A DNA stretch of 64,000 nucleotides, from the NCBI RefSeq assembly GCF_009914755.1, contig NC_060934.1, one strand, 5' to 3'. Positions within the stretch are counted from its first letter, which is position 1; each line of letters starts with the position of its first letter. The DNA is from the human T2T-CHM13v2.0 reference genome, Homo sapiens. Positions 12,024 through 24,684 of this stretch are shown piece after piece. The position numbers and the translations under genes were made by a program. The notes beneath the pieces are model-generated. The model was not told the origin of the DNA and did no database searches. It was given only the letters and a program-made list of their open reading frames with translations.

Positions 12024-14152
12024 CTGCACCCACAGGGATTAGGCATACTAGGTCCTAGGGCTTTACCACCCAGGCCGGGGCTGAGCAGGGCTCTGAGGGA
12101 AGATGAGACCTCCATTGTAACACAGGGAGCCAGCCAGGCCTAGGGGTGTGCCCAGCAGCCAGCAGAAGGCCACATCCACCTCTGAGGGCGGGGGGGTGGT
12201 GTGCAGGGATGTGCCACCCCTCTCCATGGCAACTAAAGTTAGGGGCAGTCCTTCAAAAAGCAAGCACAGGCTGTCCTGGGATAGACCGGGGGCTCCATGC
12301 TCAGGGTGAGTCATTGGCTTTGCTCCGGGCCCGTTGGAGCTTAACTCTCCTGATGGGCAACGGCAGCTCCAAGGGAGGCTCATGTGGGGCCAGCCTCTGG
12401 GATGGGGGAGGATGGGCAAGATGTCCTAGGCTGTGCCTTTCTCAGTGGCTTTTACATCTGATTTCCCTGCTTCACAGAGAGGCCCAGCAGCAGGGGGCAG
12501 GAGGAGAGCTGGTCCAGCTCCCTCCCTGCATCCTCCCACCTGCAGTGACAGAGGCCTGCCCACTGGGGTGGGAAGTGTGGTCCTCGGACCAACAGCCCTG
12601 ACCGCACCAGGAGCCTTTTAGAAACGCAGCATCTCAGGGCTTGCCAGACCCCTAAATCCAAACAAGAGCCCCTGACGCCCATGCACACCGGAGTACAGAG
12701 CACAGCTGCAGAGCCCTGGTCCCCTAAGTTGGCCATGGATGGCAGCAGGTCCACCTGAGAATGTGTTAGAAAGATGGATTCGGATTCCAGTGCCCTCCTC
12801 AGACCCACTGAGTCAAGGCCTCCAGTGCTGCCCGCCATCGTGTTCCACCCAGCGCTGCAGGCTGGACAGGATTCCCTTCCTCCTTCCCCAGAGCCTGCTC
12901 TGCGCTGGAAGAGTTAGCTGTGCTCTGTGCCCAGGGTCTGCGAGATGGGAGTCCTGGGAGGCTGTTCATGGGGCAGGAAGTCCAGGCCTGAGAGGCTCAA
13001 GCCTCAGGGTCCTAGTCTGTCAAATGAGCACCTCACAGAGCAGCGCTCAGGCTAAGTTAGAGCAAGATGCTAGCTGGGGAGTGAGTCAAAAACCAGGGAG
13101 AGCAGGTGAGGATTGCCAATATTCTTCTGCCCATTTCCTGGCCCACAGCAACCTGGAGAGTTGTGCTCCTGGGGAGGTGTCGGAGGTAGTGGAGTCTCTA
13201 GTCCCAGGTCCCTCTCCCGCCTTTGTGGCCTGGATGTGCCAATACGGTGATGAGCAGACTCCAGGGGCCCAAGTGATCAACTTCTTTAAGATCTGAAAAT
13301 CCACGTATTTGTCTATGGGGCCGTGTTTCACAGTGGTTCCAGCGTCTTCTCTTGTATCATAGACGCAACAACCTAATCATGCAGGAGACTCCGGTCCAAG
13401 GTGTGTTTGGTGGCTGCACACACACTGAGATCCCCAAGACCCAGGATGGCTGACCTCATCAGGACCTGTTCGGGACCCTGAAACAACCCCTCCTATCACA
13501 AATGCCCAGATTCCACCAGGCTGGGCTACAAAACAGGTCCCCATGCTCAGCTAGCAGCTAGCAGCTAGCAGCAGGTCTCAGGCTTTCTCAGGGTAGCCTG
13601 AGGCCATGAAGCCACCCCCTTCACTTCTCCCGCTGGAAGCCTGCCTGGGGGCCCCTCTGCTCTGCTTCCATGGCCCATGGGGCCTCTCTTCCCACTGGAG
13701 TGGGAAGGAGGGACAGGGAGGGTTTCTGGGGAGGTGCACTGAGCGGTCCCGGGGGCGGTAGCTCCAGCTGACCGAGTTTGTTGTATTTTACCCAAACCTC
13801 CCACTGGAGTTGAGGCCCAGTCTCAGCCATGGCGCACTGTGTCTTTGCCTCCTTTGCCTCCTTCATGCACGTCTCTCCCTTGGGGACCTGGCCCGAGTTC
13901 GGACTTAATATCCCTCAGTGAAACCACAGCTTCAACCAAGAGGGGGCAAGTTCTGTCATGCAGTGCGGGGAGTGTCACGTGAGAGCAGGGCTAGGAAGCA
14001 GTTTAGGAAGTGGGAGGAGTCGGTCTGAAAAGCTTATTTTAGGGGACATTTCTAAAAAAAATCCTGAATTTTGTTCCCATTGACCCAGAGAAACATGGAC
14101 TTCATGCTCCTCAAATTTCCAAACTTCAAGATCCAGCAGAAACTGATGCTAA

Positions 14153-14171
14153 GGGGTGGGTTGGGGTGGGG
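14153..14171 (+). other. Short-loop G-quadruplex motif
   Basis: GGGG T GGG TT GGGG T GGGG. Confidence 0.55.
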
Positions 14172-14559
14172 ATCGCCTTCCCCTGAGGTCCCCTACCCCT
14201 GATTTAGGCTTTTCTGCTAGGGACAGACCTGTCAGGGTGGTGGGGGCTGGGGTGAAGGAAGCTGGACGGGAGCACAGAAGCCTTCAACCCTTCTCATCTC
14301 TGATTCTTCCTCAAGGGATTCAGAACTTTTTTTAAAATCACAGCGTCTGCTGCAAATCACAGGCAGGGGAGTAGCACCCCCAGGGCCGGGTAAAGCAGCA
14401 GCTATTTTCTAGCAGATGCATTGATTTATATTTCTTTATGGAATTGTATCTTCCTATTCTGTTATTTTTCACTTTGAGTAAAAATTAATTGTCTTGTTTA
14501 ACCAAAAACACGACGGAGAGAAGGGAGAAAGGGAAAAGGGAAAGTGGCAGGGTTTGTGA

Positions 14560-14780
14560 AAGGAGCAGGCTTCGGAGTCTCACAGAACCAGGACGGGATC
14601 CGAACCCCAGCTTCACAGTGGGCTCCAGTGCTGTGTGAGCGTGGGCAGGTTACTTCCCCTCTCTGATCTGCAGCTCCTCACACATCTGCCTGGGGGATGA
14701 TAAGCCACACATCACAGTGTTCTCAGGAAGATGACAGGAAATAGTGGATTTCAAGGTGGTAGCACAGAGCAGGTGCTGGC
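14560..14780 (+). mobile_element. MIR
   Basis: gctgtgtgagcgtgggcaggttacttcccctctctg. Confidence 0.65.
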
Positions 14781-14967
14781 GTTTGTTCCTAAGTACCTCT
14801 CAGGAGCCACTTTGCCAAACGCATCAAAAGTAGAGATGTTGATGAAACCAGTGTGTTATGAGCCTTGGTGACAGTCGCTCTGCCTCCTGATCAGAGGAGG
14901 GCTGTGCTATCTTGGCAGAGTTGGAACCCTCAAAAGTAAGGTCAAAACTTCATTGGAGACGACATCT

Positions 14968-15677
14968 GGAGAGGAGAGGAGAGGAAGAGGAGGAGGAGGA
15001 CGAGGAGGAAGGAGAGGGGAGAGAGGAGGAGGAGAAGAGAGGAGAGGAGAGAAGGAGGAGACAGGAGAGGAGGAGGAGAGAGGGGAGAGGAGAGGAGAGA
15101 GGGGAGAGGAAGGGAGAGGAGAGGGGAGAGGAGAGGAGAGGAGAGAGGGGAGAGGAGAGGAGAGAGGGGAGAGGAGAGGAGAGAGGGGAGAGGAGGGGGG
15201 AGAGGAGAGAAGAGAGGAGGAGGAGAGGGGAGGGGAGGAGGAGGAGAGGGGAGGAGGAGGAGAGGGGAGGAGGAGGAGAGGGGAGGGGGGAGGAGGAGAG
15301 GGGAGGGGGGAGGAGGAGAGGGGAGGGGGGAGGAGGAGAGGGGAGGAGGGAGGAGGAGAGGGGAGGGGGGAGGAGGAGAGGGGAGGAGGGAGGAGGAGAG
15401 GGGAGGGGGGAGGAGGAGGAGGGAGAGGAGAGGAGAGAAGAGGAGAGGAGAGGAAAGGAGAAGAGAAGAGGGGAGAGGAGGAGGAGAGGAGAGAAGAGGA
15501 GAGGAGAGGAAAGGAGAAGAGAAGAGGGGAGAGGAGGAGGAGGGAGAGAAGAGGAGAGGAGAGGAGACAAGGAGGGGAAGGGGAAGGAGAGGGTAGGGGA
15601 TGGGAGGGGAAGGGGAGGGGAGGGGAGAGAAGGGGAAGGGAGGGGAGGGGATGGTAGAGGAGAGGAGAGGGAGGAGG
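14968..15677 (+). repeat. GA-rich polypurine tract with internal 20-bp minisatellite
   Basis: Only 7 pyrimidines in 710 nt; 7 tandem units of gggagg(g/a)gggaggaggagag at 15281-15420, the last one variant. Confidence 0.95.
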
Positions 15678-16208
15678 TACTGCTCAGGAGGCAGGAGGAA
15701 TGGGCTCATTTGGGCCCAGAGAAGTGCCCCTGGCTTGAATACATTGTTCCAAGCAGGCCCTGACTGTGCCTTCACCAGTACTGAACACCAGGTCCAGCTT
15801 TTCACCTGGGCCATCTCATCAGTGACCAACCCACAAGAAAATCATTATTGCTTCCACTTTACAGAGAAGGCAGCTGAGGCCCAGAGGGATTTAAACAGGG
15901 CCTGACCAAGGAAGGCCTGCAGCGGGAGGTAAGGAGGCAGGACCCACTGGCGAGAAGGTGTTTTTCCCCCTTGACGTTTCTGTCCTGTCCGTGGGAAGCT
16001 GGGGGATTCTGCCCATGCTTCACCTCCCAGGGAGGCAGACATGTTGAGAAACACTGGCAGCTTCTCCCAGCACCTGCCTGATGCTTGTCCCTGTCACAGG
16101 AGGAGGGTTGCTAAGCTGTTTGGTCGGCGTCCACAGCATTTGCTGGAGGGCATGGTGACTGTGTTTCAAAGGTGGATGCCCATGTTCTAGCCCCGCTCTG
16201 TGCTTCCT

Positions 16209-16224
16209 CCACCAGGGGGCAGCC
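16209..16224 (+). promoter_or_regulatory. CTCF consensus motif (forward orientation)
   Basis: CCACCAGGGGGCAGCC. Confidence 0.6.
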
Positions 16225-16287
16225 GCTCTCCTGCTCCCATCCAGGAGGCACACCCTACCTGCTAATCCAGCGCCTCCCATACTTCCC

Positions 16288-16587
16288 CAGGATCTTGTTA
16301 ACAGGCAGCTTCTGACTCAGCTGTGCTGGGGCACCCGGGGCTGGGCTAGTCTGTCTCCCAGCTGATGCTGGTCAGAGGACCACATTTTGAGGAGCAAAGC
16401 AATGGGTTACAATCTTAGCTCAACACCTGGGGAAACCATCACCTGGGGATTATTTTAAAAATACTGGTTTCCAAACCCCACTGAGAAATATTAAATTACA
16501 GTCAGTTTAGAGGCAGAACCCAGGAAATGAACGATTTTTGATGCTCTTCAGGAGAGTCTAACATGCAACTAAAGTTGAGAACTACTG
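16288..16587. mobile_element. Two adjacent MER5-family (hAT-Charlie) MITE remnants
   Basis: gatgctggtcagaggaccacattttgag and tcacctggggattattttaaaaatactg...aagttgagaactactg. Confidence 0.6.
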
Positions 16588-17304
16588 TTCTAGAAGCAGG
16601 CTTGCCTCTCTCTGCCCACCTGTGACCAGGCAGGTAGTGGGCTGATCTAGGTAAGTGTGCCCAGATTTTGCCTGACAGATCCAGCCTCTGCCTCCTCTTC
16701 TCCCAGGGCACGCCGGAGACTCCACATTCCAAAAATATGAGTTGCCCTTGACTGGAAGCTTTTCTCTTCAATGGAGCTTTTTTACCCAAGGTTCACATTG
16801 GAGGTTCTGGGCATCTGGCCAGACAAAACAGCCCTATACTTCCCACCTGGCCATTTTTCTTTCTGTGTTGGCTCCATCATCCAGAGCCCTGCCAGATGGA
16901 GGAGTACCAACATCTCAGACTTCTGAAAGACTAGAACCCCAAGTCTGTGTGCTCTCTGAACCTCTCAGCTTCCCAAAGAGGGAAGATGGGCCTCTCTCTC
17001 TCTGCTGCAGGTAGGGAAGAACCACGAGATGGAGAAGCGGCAGCCCGATCACCCCCAAACCTCGTCAGCATCCCCACCTGGCCCCAACCTGCCAGCCTTC
17101 ACCAGGCTCTTAACAAGAGGCCAGTTCTCAGCCAGCCTCTCTCCTGTCCTTGAGCGGCAAGTGGGCAGCTGAGCAGAATTGTAGAAGGTAGGACCTGCTG
17201 AGCCAGGGCCACTGGCTTGGCCCTCCCCTCTCCCCAGGTCTGAGCAGGAGGTCATCAGACCCCAGGGGGCATCGTTCATGTCTCAAAGGTGTTGAGGGAA
17301 AATT

Positions 17305-17925
17305 CTCTCCTGGGGTGTGGGCTAGACCTAGTGACTCACTCATGACAAATCAAGTATGGAGAGGGAAAGAAAGTAAATTGCATGATGGTGGAAACTGGCA
17401 GGTGTCACCTCAACTGAGTGACCAAAGTTCTCATCACTTCCAGTCAGTCATGTTGGCATCATGTGCAGCTTGACATGGTGCAAAGGGAAGCGTTTCCATC
17501 TTTGTTTTATTCTTCTCCCAAATCCAAAACAACACTCTCTTAATGAGAAAACATCAGAGAAACCCAAGCTGAAGGACAGTCTACAAAAACCAGACACATA
17601 CTCTTCAAAACTCTCAATGTTAGGAAAAACAAGGAAAGGTTGAAAAGCTCTAACAGATTGGCAGATATGAAGGAGATATGATGACCATCATATCCTAGAT
17701 TGGATCCTGGAACAGAAAAGGACATCAGTGGAAACATTGGGGAAACCCAATCAAGTTGTAGCTGAGTTACTACTAGTGCTGATGTTAATTTCTTAGTTTT
17801 AATTATTGTACTATAGAAGATGATAACGTGCGGGGAAGCTGGGTAAGGGGTATACTGGACCTCTCTGTACTATCTTTGCAACTCTTCTGTGAATCTAAAT
17901 TCTTTTTCAAAATTAAAAGTTTCTT
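17305..17925 (+). mobile_element. L1MC/L1MD 3' end
   Basis: aatgagaaaacatcagagaaaccc, ggatcctggaacagaaaaggacatcagtggaaa, ctctctgtactatctttgcaact. Confidence 0.8.
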
Positions 17926-18394
17926 TAAAAGTATTAGGGGAAAATAAACGAAGCAAGGAATGGTCCCACTCTCTCTTTCAAACAGTGTGATCTACGAGGT
18001 AGAATCATGAAAGGAGAAAAGCTGGGCTGCTGGCTGGAGGTGAATTTATTGCCAGAAAATAGCTCTGCTGTGCTCTCTCTGCTGTGATTTACAGCCAAGG
18101 ATCTGGGCCCCACATCGATCCTTGCTCTGAGCCCCCAGTGCAGGCGTGGGGTCCTCTGGGCAAAATCGATGCATGGAGGTGACACTGTGCATTTTGCTGC
18201 CATCACAGGAATCCAGATTTATGTTCTGGGCAAGATAGATTCCAGGGCAATGGAAAGGGGGTTGATGAGGAGTCAGGAGGTCTGGGTTCCAGGCTCAGAT
18301 CTGCCATTTACATGTGTTTGTTCATGGGCTATTTACTTCACCTCTCTGGACCTTACTTTTGGAAAATGGTCTCTATAGCCACCACCAAGTCATA

Positions 18395-19205
18395 ACATGA
18401 GGGTCCTTTGATTGCAAACAACAAAATGTGACCATGGGTAGAAAACCTTGAGTATAAAATAAATTTGTTGGAAAGAATCTATGGGACAGCTGGAGGCTCC
18501 GAAGTGGGCACAACCAGAATTAATGCAGGTAGAGTAATTTCCATAATAAGAAACCCAACATTTCAGTAGCTTAATACACTTCAATGTGTCATAGCCTTAT
18601 CAGGCCAGGGGTGGGTGGGAGGGTGGCTCTTTGCTCTACAGTCATTTAGCCACCCAGGTTCCTTCCATCTTGTAGCTCCTCTCAGTTCTAGGTCCTTACT
18701 CTGTCTCATCTTATATTGGCTGAATGGAATCCTCTCCATTCAGCCAATATAAGATGAGACAGAGTGAGGCCCATGTATGGAAGTTTTGTAATGGGCCACG
18801 TTGGGAAATGGACTTACCACTTCCATTCACATCCCACTAAGTGCAAGGAAGCCTGGGAAATGTAGTCTAAGTCTGTTCCCAGGAAGAAGTAGAGGTGGAA
18901 CTCTGGACAGCACTAGTTATTTCTGCCACAGGCAATGGGAACTATTCAGAACTTTGCTGAGGTTTGACTACTGCAGTGAATGAGTTACCAACAATCAATA
19001 CAATTTCATCCTTAAGTCTCTCTGCCCCAGATTTTGAATCCTAGGAGAAAGTCCAATTGGTCCTGCTTGATCTCACATCCATCCTTGACCTAAGGGAGGG
19101 CAGGGCTCCTACACTGATAGCTCCCAGGTGGCATGCAGTGATGGAGGAGAAATACCCCAAAAGGAGAGAGCATGGTGTTTGGGGGGGGGGCAAAGACAAA
19201 TGCAC
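18395..19205 (-). mobile_element. Old MLT1 (J/K/L-type) MaLR LTR remnants
   Basis: cacccaggttccttccatcttgtagctc and gtgcaaggaagcctgggaaatgtagtcta are typical of antisense old MLT1. Confidence 0.65.
18698..18765. repeat. Perfect inverted repeat, 31-bp arms and 6-nt spacer
   Basis: actctgtctcatcttatattggctgaatgga ATCCTC tccattcagccaatataagatgagacagagt. Confidence 0.97.
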
Positions 19206-19377
19206 ATGAAAAGCACAAAGTTGTCCTGCTTTACAAGTGATGTGTAAACCTGCCCGCTTGCAAAGACCCCTGCTCTATCTGCCTCCAAGTTTGCATTTTA
19301 AAATTAGATCATTTGTTGGGGAGGCTTAACTCAAAAATAAGTTCTTCTAGCTCTACATGTCTGTGCATATCACTATG

Positions 19378-19890
19378 TCTCATTCATGTATTTCCTTAAC
19401 CAATATTTACTGGGTGGCTTTTGTATGACAGGCACTGTGCCAATCACAGGGACACAGCATAGAATGTCCTCACCTCTGGAAATCCTACCGCCTCATGGGT
19501 AGAAAAGATAGATAGAAAAGGTGAAAAGGCAATGGGAGGGCTAAGAAATCCCAGGAAAGGGTTTCATGAAGATTGGGCTGAGGATGGCCTGGGGGCGGGG
19601 GGGTGGTGCCCTAAAAGGTGATGCATGAGCTAAGCTCTAAGGACAAGTTCAGAGTTAGCCAGACAGAGCACGGAAAGGACAGCCCCTCCCAGGCCAAGAG
19701 ACCAGAGAAGCAGAGTCCCAGAAGCAAGATGAAGGGTGGCCCACTTGATGAGCTGAAAATGGGTTCACTCAGCCTGGCAGAGTGAACAGAATGAGAGGGG
19801 ATTGGTCAAGATGACACTGGCGAGGCAGGCAGGAGTTCTAGCTCAGAGCACCTTGTAAGCTGTGCTTTGGGAAATCCAATGTTCTCCAAA
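19378..19890 (-). mobile_element. L2 LINE
   Basis: cattcatgtatttccttaaccaatatttactg...caggcactgtgc. Confidence 0.65.
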
Positions 19891-20790
19891 GGCAAAAGGT
19901 CATACCTCTTCTGCCGGGCACATTGACCACCCTTCTGAGCCTTCTTGCCCTATCATGAGGGCAAGAGAAAGCTGTGCTGTGCTGTCACCCTAATGATAAG
20001 GAATTTGGGTGCCAGCAGGACCTGCAATGCCCACTTGCTCCATTCCCTTACCCGCTGTCGTTACTTTCTGCAGTATCCTTGAGGTGGCAGCTGAAAACTG
20101 GAGTGTGGGGAGCCCAGGCATGGAGGAGGTGCCAGCATCTTGATGCTGGTAGTTGCAGGGAAATGGGTAGTTGAGAATGTGCTGCCTGCAGCTGCCACAC
20201 CAGGTCCTAACCCTGCGTCTGTGTCTGTGTCTTACACCCACTCAAAAAAATAATGTGGCTCCACAATGGGAGGGTTTTTAAGAAACAGTGGAAAAGGAGG
20301 GCGGGTTAGAAGAGAGCGGATGGAAGAGAAGACCAGTGGGCTGTTTGTGGCCTCCAACCACATTTGAAAACTTCCCCCAGACACATTCAAAAGCAATTTT
20401 CACTTCCAGATAAAAATGGCATTCCTTTCTCTCAACAGCAACAAAACAACACACACACACACATATGCACACACACACATGCACACACAGGAAGGGAAAA
20501 AAGGCCCAAACCAACCCCATCAATCAAACAAGGAAATGGCCATGGCCCCAAACTACCAAACTACAGCCCGTGACATGCATGGGCCACACATTCTGTGACA
20601 TCTGGGCCAAAGCAAAGCAGGCCACTGGTGTCCACACAACCTCCTGAGGCCACAGGTAGGATGCAGAGTCCTGAGAGAAAGTGAAAGTGATGTGGTCCTA
20701 TAAGGCCTATCAAATGATCTGTAGATTGGAATAAGACTTAGAGGTGACAGGGGAAATGTCCCCAAAGAAACTCACAGTGTTCCTTTAGAA

Positions 20791-20870
20791 CAGAGGTTGG
20801 CAAATGATGGCCTGCAGGCTGTTTTTATGAGTAAAGTTTTATTGGAACACCGCCAGGCTCCTTCATTGGC
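20791..20870 (+). mobile_element. MER58A-like MITE, truncated
   Basis: cagaggttggcaaa...gtaaagttttattggaacac. Confidence 0.7.
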
Positions 20871-20889
20871 ACACAGCCAGGCTCCTTCA

Positions 20890-21235
20890 TTGGAGCCCTG
20901 AGCCACCATGAGAAAAGTCTAACGGCCCTGCTGGAGAAACCATGTCAAGGGGCGCTGAGACCCCATGGAGAAAGGGGGCACTCCAGACAGCCCATCCTTC
21001 CAGTTGTCCTCACCACAGCCCCAGGAATCTGAGGCCATCTGGGATCCTCCAAGACCAGACTAGTCACCAACTGAATGTCACTGATGGCTCCAGCCATTGC
21101 CATGTGAGACAGAAGATGCATCCAGCAGAGCCTGCCCCAAATTCCTGATCCACAAAATCATAAGATATGATCAAATGATGATTGTTTGAAGCCACTAAGA
21201 CTGCTGCATTTGTTATGCAGTCGTAAAGACCCAGA
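20890..21235 (+). mobile_element. MLT1H-like LTR 3' part
   Basis: ggagccctgagccaccatg...ccaaattcctgatccacaaaatcat...aagccactaag. Confidence 0.7.
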
Positions 21236-21626
21236 GAGGGCAGAGACAAAAGAAGGCCCCTGCTGATCTACCCTTTTCCTAAGGGAAGAGCTGAGGGTAT
21301 GAGAAGGGAGGGAGGCTGAGAGCACAGAATCACAGCATAGATGGGCCATGGTGTAGTGGGATGAACTGTGAGCCACACCATTTTTTAAACTCTGAAAGCT
21401 GAGCGAAGGCAGGCTTCTGCAGCAGAAAGAGAAAGCATTTGGTGAAGGGGTGTCCAGATGCAACTTAGTTGAAGCTGCAGTCTCTCCCAGGCCACCTCAG
21501 CACCCTCCTCCCTACCCTTCTGAGGCATTGAAAGCCATATTGGAAACAACAAAGAACAGAATTGACAACTAGTGTCACACAGGAGTAACAGAGGACAGAT
21601 GGAACAAATGGAAAAGAACAAAGGCA

Positions 21627-22019
21627 TGCCATAGAGTGTGGGTGTCTGTCCCCTCCAAATCTCATGTTGACATGTGATCCCCAATGTTGGATGTGGGGCC
21701 TGGTGGGAGGCGATTGGGTCCTGGGGGTGGATGCCTCATGAATGATTTGGTGCCGCCCCACAGCAATGAGTTCACACGAGACCTGGTTGTTTAAAAAGGC
21801 CTGGCGTCTCTCTTGCTCCTTCTTTCACCGTGTGACGTGCATCCTCTTTCTCCACCTTCTGCCATGAGTAAAAGTTTCTTGAGTTCTCACCAGAAGCCAA
21901 GGAGATGCTGGTACCATGCTTGCACAGCCTGCAGAACGGCGAGCTCAATAAAACTCTTTTTTTTATAAATTACTCAGTCTTGGATATTCCTTTACAGCAA
22001 TGCAAATCAGACTAATACG
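21627..22019 (+). mobile_element. MST (MSTB-like) MaLR solo LTR
   Basis: gtcccctccaaatctcatgttga...cagcctgcagaac...aataaa...cagcaatgcaaatcagactaatac. Confidence 0.85.
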
Positions 22020-22142
22020 TCCTGAGAGGAAATTTAGAGAAGACAGTAGACATGAAAGACCAAGAAGACCCACACACACAATATTGTGTTTCTGAAGACA
22101 AGAACAGAACACCATCTATCTCATCTCACTGCCCAAACCAAC

Positions 22143-22334
22143 AAAGGTTCTCCACTTGGAAGGACTCATATGATTATCCTGGGACCACCAGAATAATGTC
22201 TCCACCACCAGATCTTTAATGGAATCAAACCTACAAAGCCCCCTTTGTCACATAAAGTAACATATTCACAGGTTTCTGGGATTAGAATGAGGACATTTTC
22301 TGAGAAGTGGGGGATCCCTATCCTGCCGACCACA
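22143..22334 (-). mobile_element. MLT1 LTR 5' fragment
   Basis: aaagtaacatattcacaggtttctgggattagaatgaggacat...tcctgccgaccaca. Confidence 0.7.
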
Positions 22335-23299
22335 GTGGGTGATGGTTGTTTCTTGGAATCGGGATTTGGAGTTGTTTTTAGCTTCTTTATAACTTCATAG
22401 TGAATATAGGTTATTTTTACCAAAAAAATACGATGATTGTTAGAAATTCAAGGCAACTTCCTTGCTTCTCTTGAGTCTGGCTGCTTCACCTGATGGGAAG
22501 CTGTTTCAGCATATTCATAAGCTGCCAGGCTGTGCGCCGAGGTCCCAGAGCGTGTCACTGCAGGCAGCACTCCTCAGTGTCCCTCTTTCTCTGGAACGTG
22601 TCAGAGGACCCCTGGAAAATATTGGTGCACGTGCAAACCTGCACAGCAAGAAGGGGCTTAGACAGCACAACAGTAACTGCCAACATCTGGGGAGAACTGG
22701 ACTGCAATGGGGTGGGGCAGAGGGAGCTTCCTGCCTTTCTTTCCCTGCTTCTCATGTTTAATCTTCACTACAAATCAGTAAAGATGGGTTCTGCCATCAC
22801 CCATCTCACAGAGAGTCCAAGGGTAAGCAACTTGCTCAAGTGCTGAGGTCACATGGCTGTCCTCCATCTGCACAGGTGTGAGGAGAAGGAATTTCTGTGT
22901 CTTATTTCCACAGTGAAAAGGAACCAGAGCCAGTAGGAAGGGTTTTGGATGCTGGTAGATAAAAGTGACCAAGAATTGCATAGCTCCTCCAGGGTTTTCT
23001 GGATTCTACAAAACCGTAATCTTGACCCCTGCGCATAGAAACCAGGATATAGACATTTTTTCTGGCGGTCTTTCCTCCTTTCCCTCCTGTATGTAGAAGG
23101 ATGGGGAGGGAGCTCCTTAAATGGGACTCTAAATCATTCTCCATCCCAACTTCTCTAGAATGTGACCTATATCAGAAGTCCTCTCCACCTCCCTGACCCT
23201 CTCCCTGCTCAGTGGCCCTTTACTCCCCGAGGATGCACACATCCAGGACTTTCTCACCTTACAAGAAATTCTTCCTGGGCCAGGGCTCCATTGATTACC

Positions 23300-24205
23300 C
23301 CCTTGCCTTCCTCCTCTCCTCTCACAGCTATCTCAATTTCACATTCGAGTAGATTTGCCTTTCCAACTTCCTCCCATTGCCCCAGCAGGCTGGCTCCCGT
23401 CCTGTGCTCCTTACTGTGGCTGCCCCCTCCAGCTGCCCAGGCACCCAATCCAGAAGCCGGGGAGTCGGCCTTGACCTCCTTCCTCTACGTCCTCAACCCA
23501 GCCTTCACCAGGTCCTGCTGATCCTATGCCCTATGCAGTTCTCAATCCACTCATGTGCTTCTCTGCTCATGGCAGCTTCCTAGCCAAGTCTTCTTTCTCC
23601 ATTTCTCCCTAGCATGGCCTCCTTTCTGCATTTTTCAATGTCCCCCTCAGTGACAACTCCATGCCTCTTCTCCCCTACCTGCCCCTCCAGCCTCACCTGG
23701 GCCACTTCCTCCTTCTTGAACTTCCTTCTCCAAGGAGCCCATGTTTTCTTCAGTTTCTCATGAAGACTTTTCCATCACTGGCTTCTCTCCAAGTCTCTCC
23801 ATTTAGAGCATCCATCCTCTCATCCCAAACACACACACAGACAGGCACACATGCACACACACAGGCACATATGCACACACACATGCCACACTATATCTAC
23901 ATGGTGTATATGTATTCGATCACTCTCTTTCTCTCTCTCTGTAACACTTCTTCACTCTCAGCTCCTAGACTCACTTCTCTTCCTTCCCTCCACCCCCATG
24001 TGACCTTATGACCCCTCCCCTCTGCCCCTTCTCTGGACTTCTGTCAGGATACACATCTGACCTGTAATTGTCTATGTGTCTGCCTCCCCTGCACAGCTGT
24101 ACTCTCCTTGACATGGAGAATGCTGTCTTATTCATCACCTTTGGACCTGGCTCATCACAGGCATTTAGGGGAGGTTTGCATGTTTACAGAATTGAATGTC
24201 AAGAG
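23300..24205 (+). mobile_element. Degraded L2 with embedded (CA)n-like tract
   Basis: Pyrimidine-rich L2-like sequence ending acctggctcatcacaggcatt...tgaatg. Confidence 0.5.
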
Positions 24206-24564
24206 CAGGACTTGGTGCCATGATGACACCTGCTCCCTCCACCTCTTCTTGGGAGCTTGGAGGACAGAAAGCCCCACTCATCCACTGAGCCTTCCTCTGT
24301 TCCCCAAACTGAACACAGTATCTTCTTTAATCTCACAGCACTTTGAGAGGTAAATACCATTCTAAGCCCCATTTTACAGAGAAGGAAACTGAGGCTTAGG
24401 AGGTTAAATTAATTGTGCAAGAAAAATGAGCATTTCCGTTTTAATTTTATTCTGTATGACTCTACAGTTCTGTTTTTTCCTGTGTGCTCTACCAGAGCAG
24501 CTGAGGAAAAAGTGGAAAAGAAAAACAAAGTGACAGCTCAGCTAATGATATGTTGACAAAGTGG

Positions 24565-24684
24565 TTTGTGGTTGTGCCTGTGCACGTGTGTGTCCATATA
24601 TGCGTGTGTGCAGGTGTGTGTGCACGTGCCTGCATGCGTGTGCATATGTACATATGTGTGTGCATGTGTGTGTGCGTGTGAGTG
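24565..24684. repeat. Degenerate (TG)n alternating purine-pyrimidine tract
   Basis: gtgcacgtgtgtgt...gcatgtgtgtgtgcgtgtgagtg. Confidence 0.85.

Noticed and set aside
13548-13572. (CAGCTAG)3 short tandem repeat
   Set aside because: Ordinary slippage repeat with no supporting context
14912-15829. Four long ORFs (206-295 aa) rich in E/R/G or S/P/L
   Set aside because: Products of the GA-only tract, which lacks stop codons on both strands; no domain content
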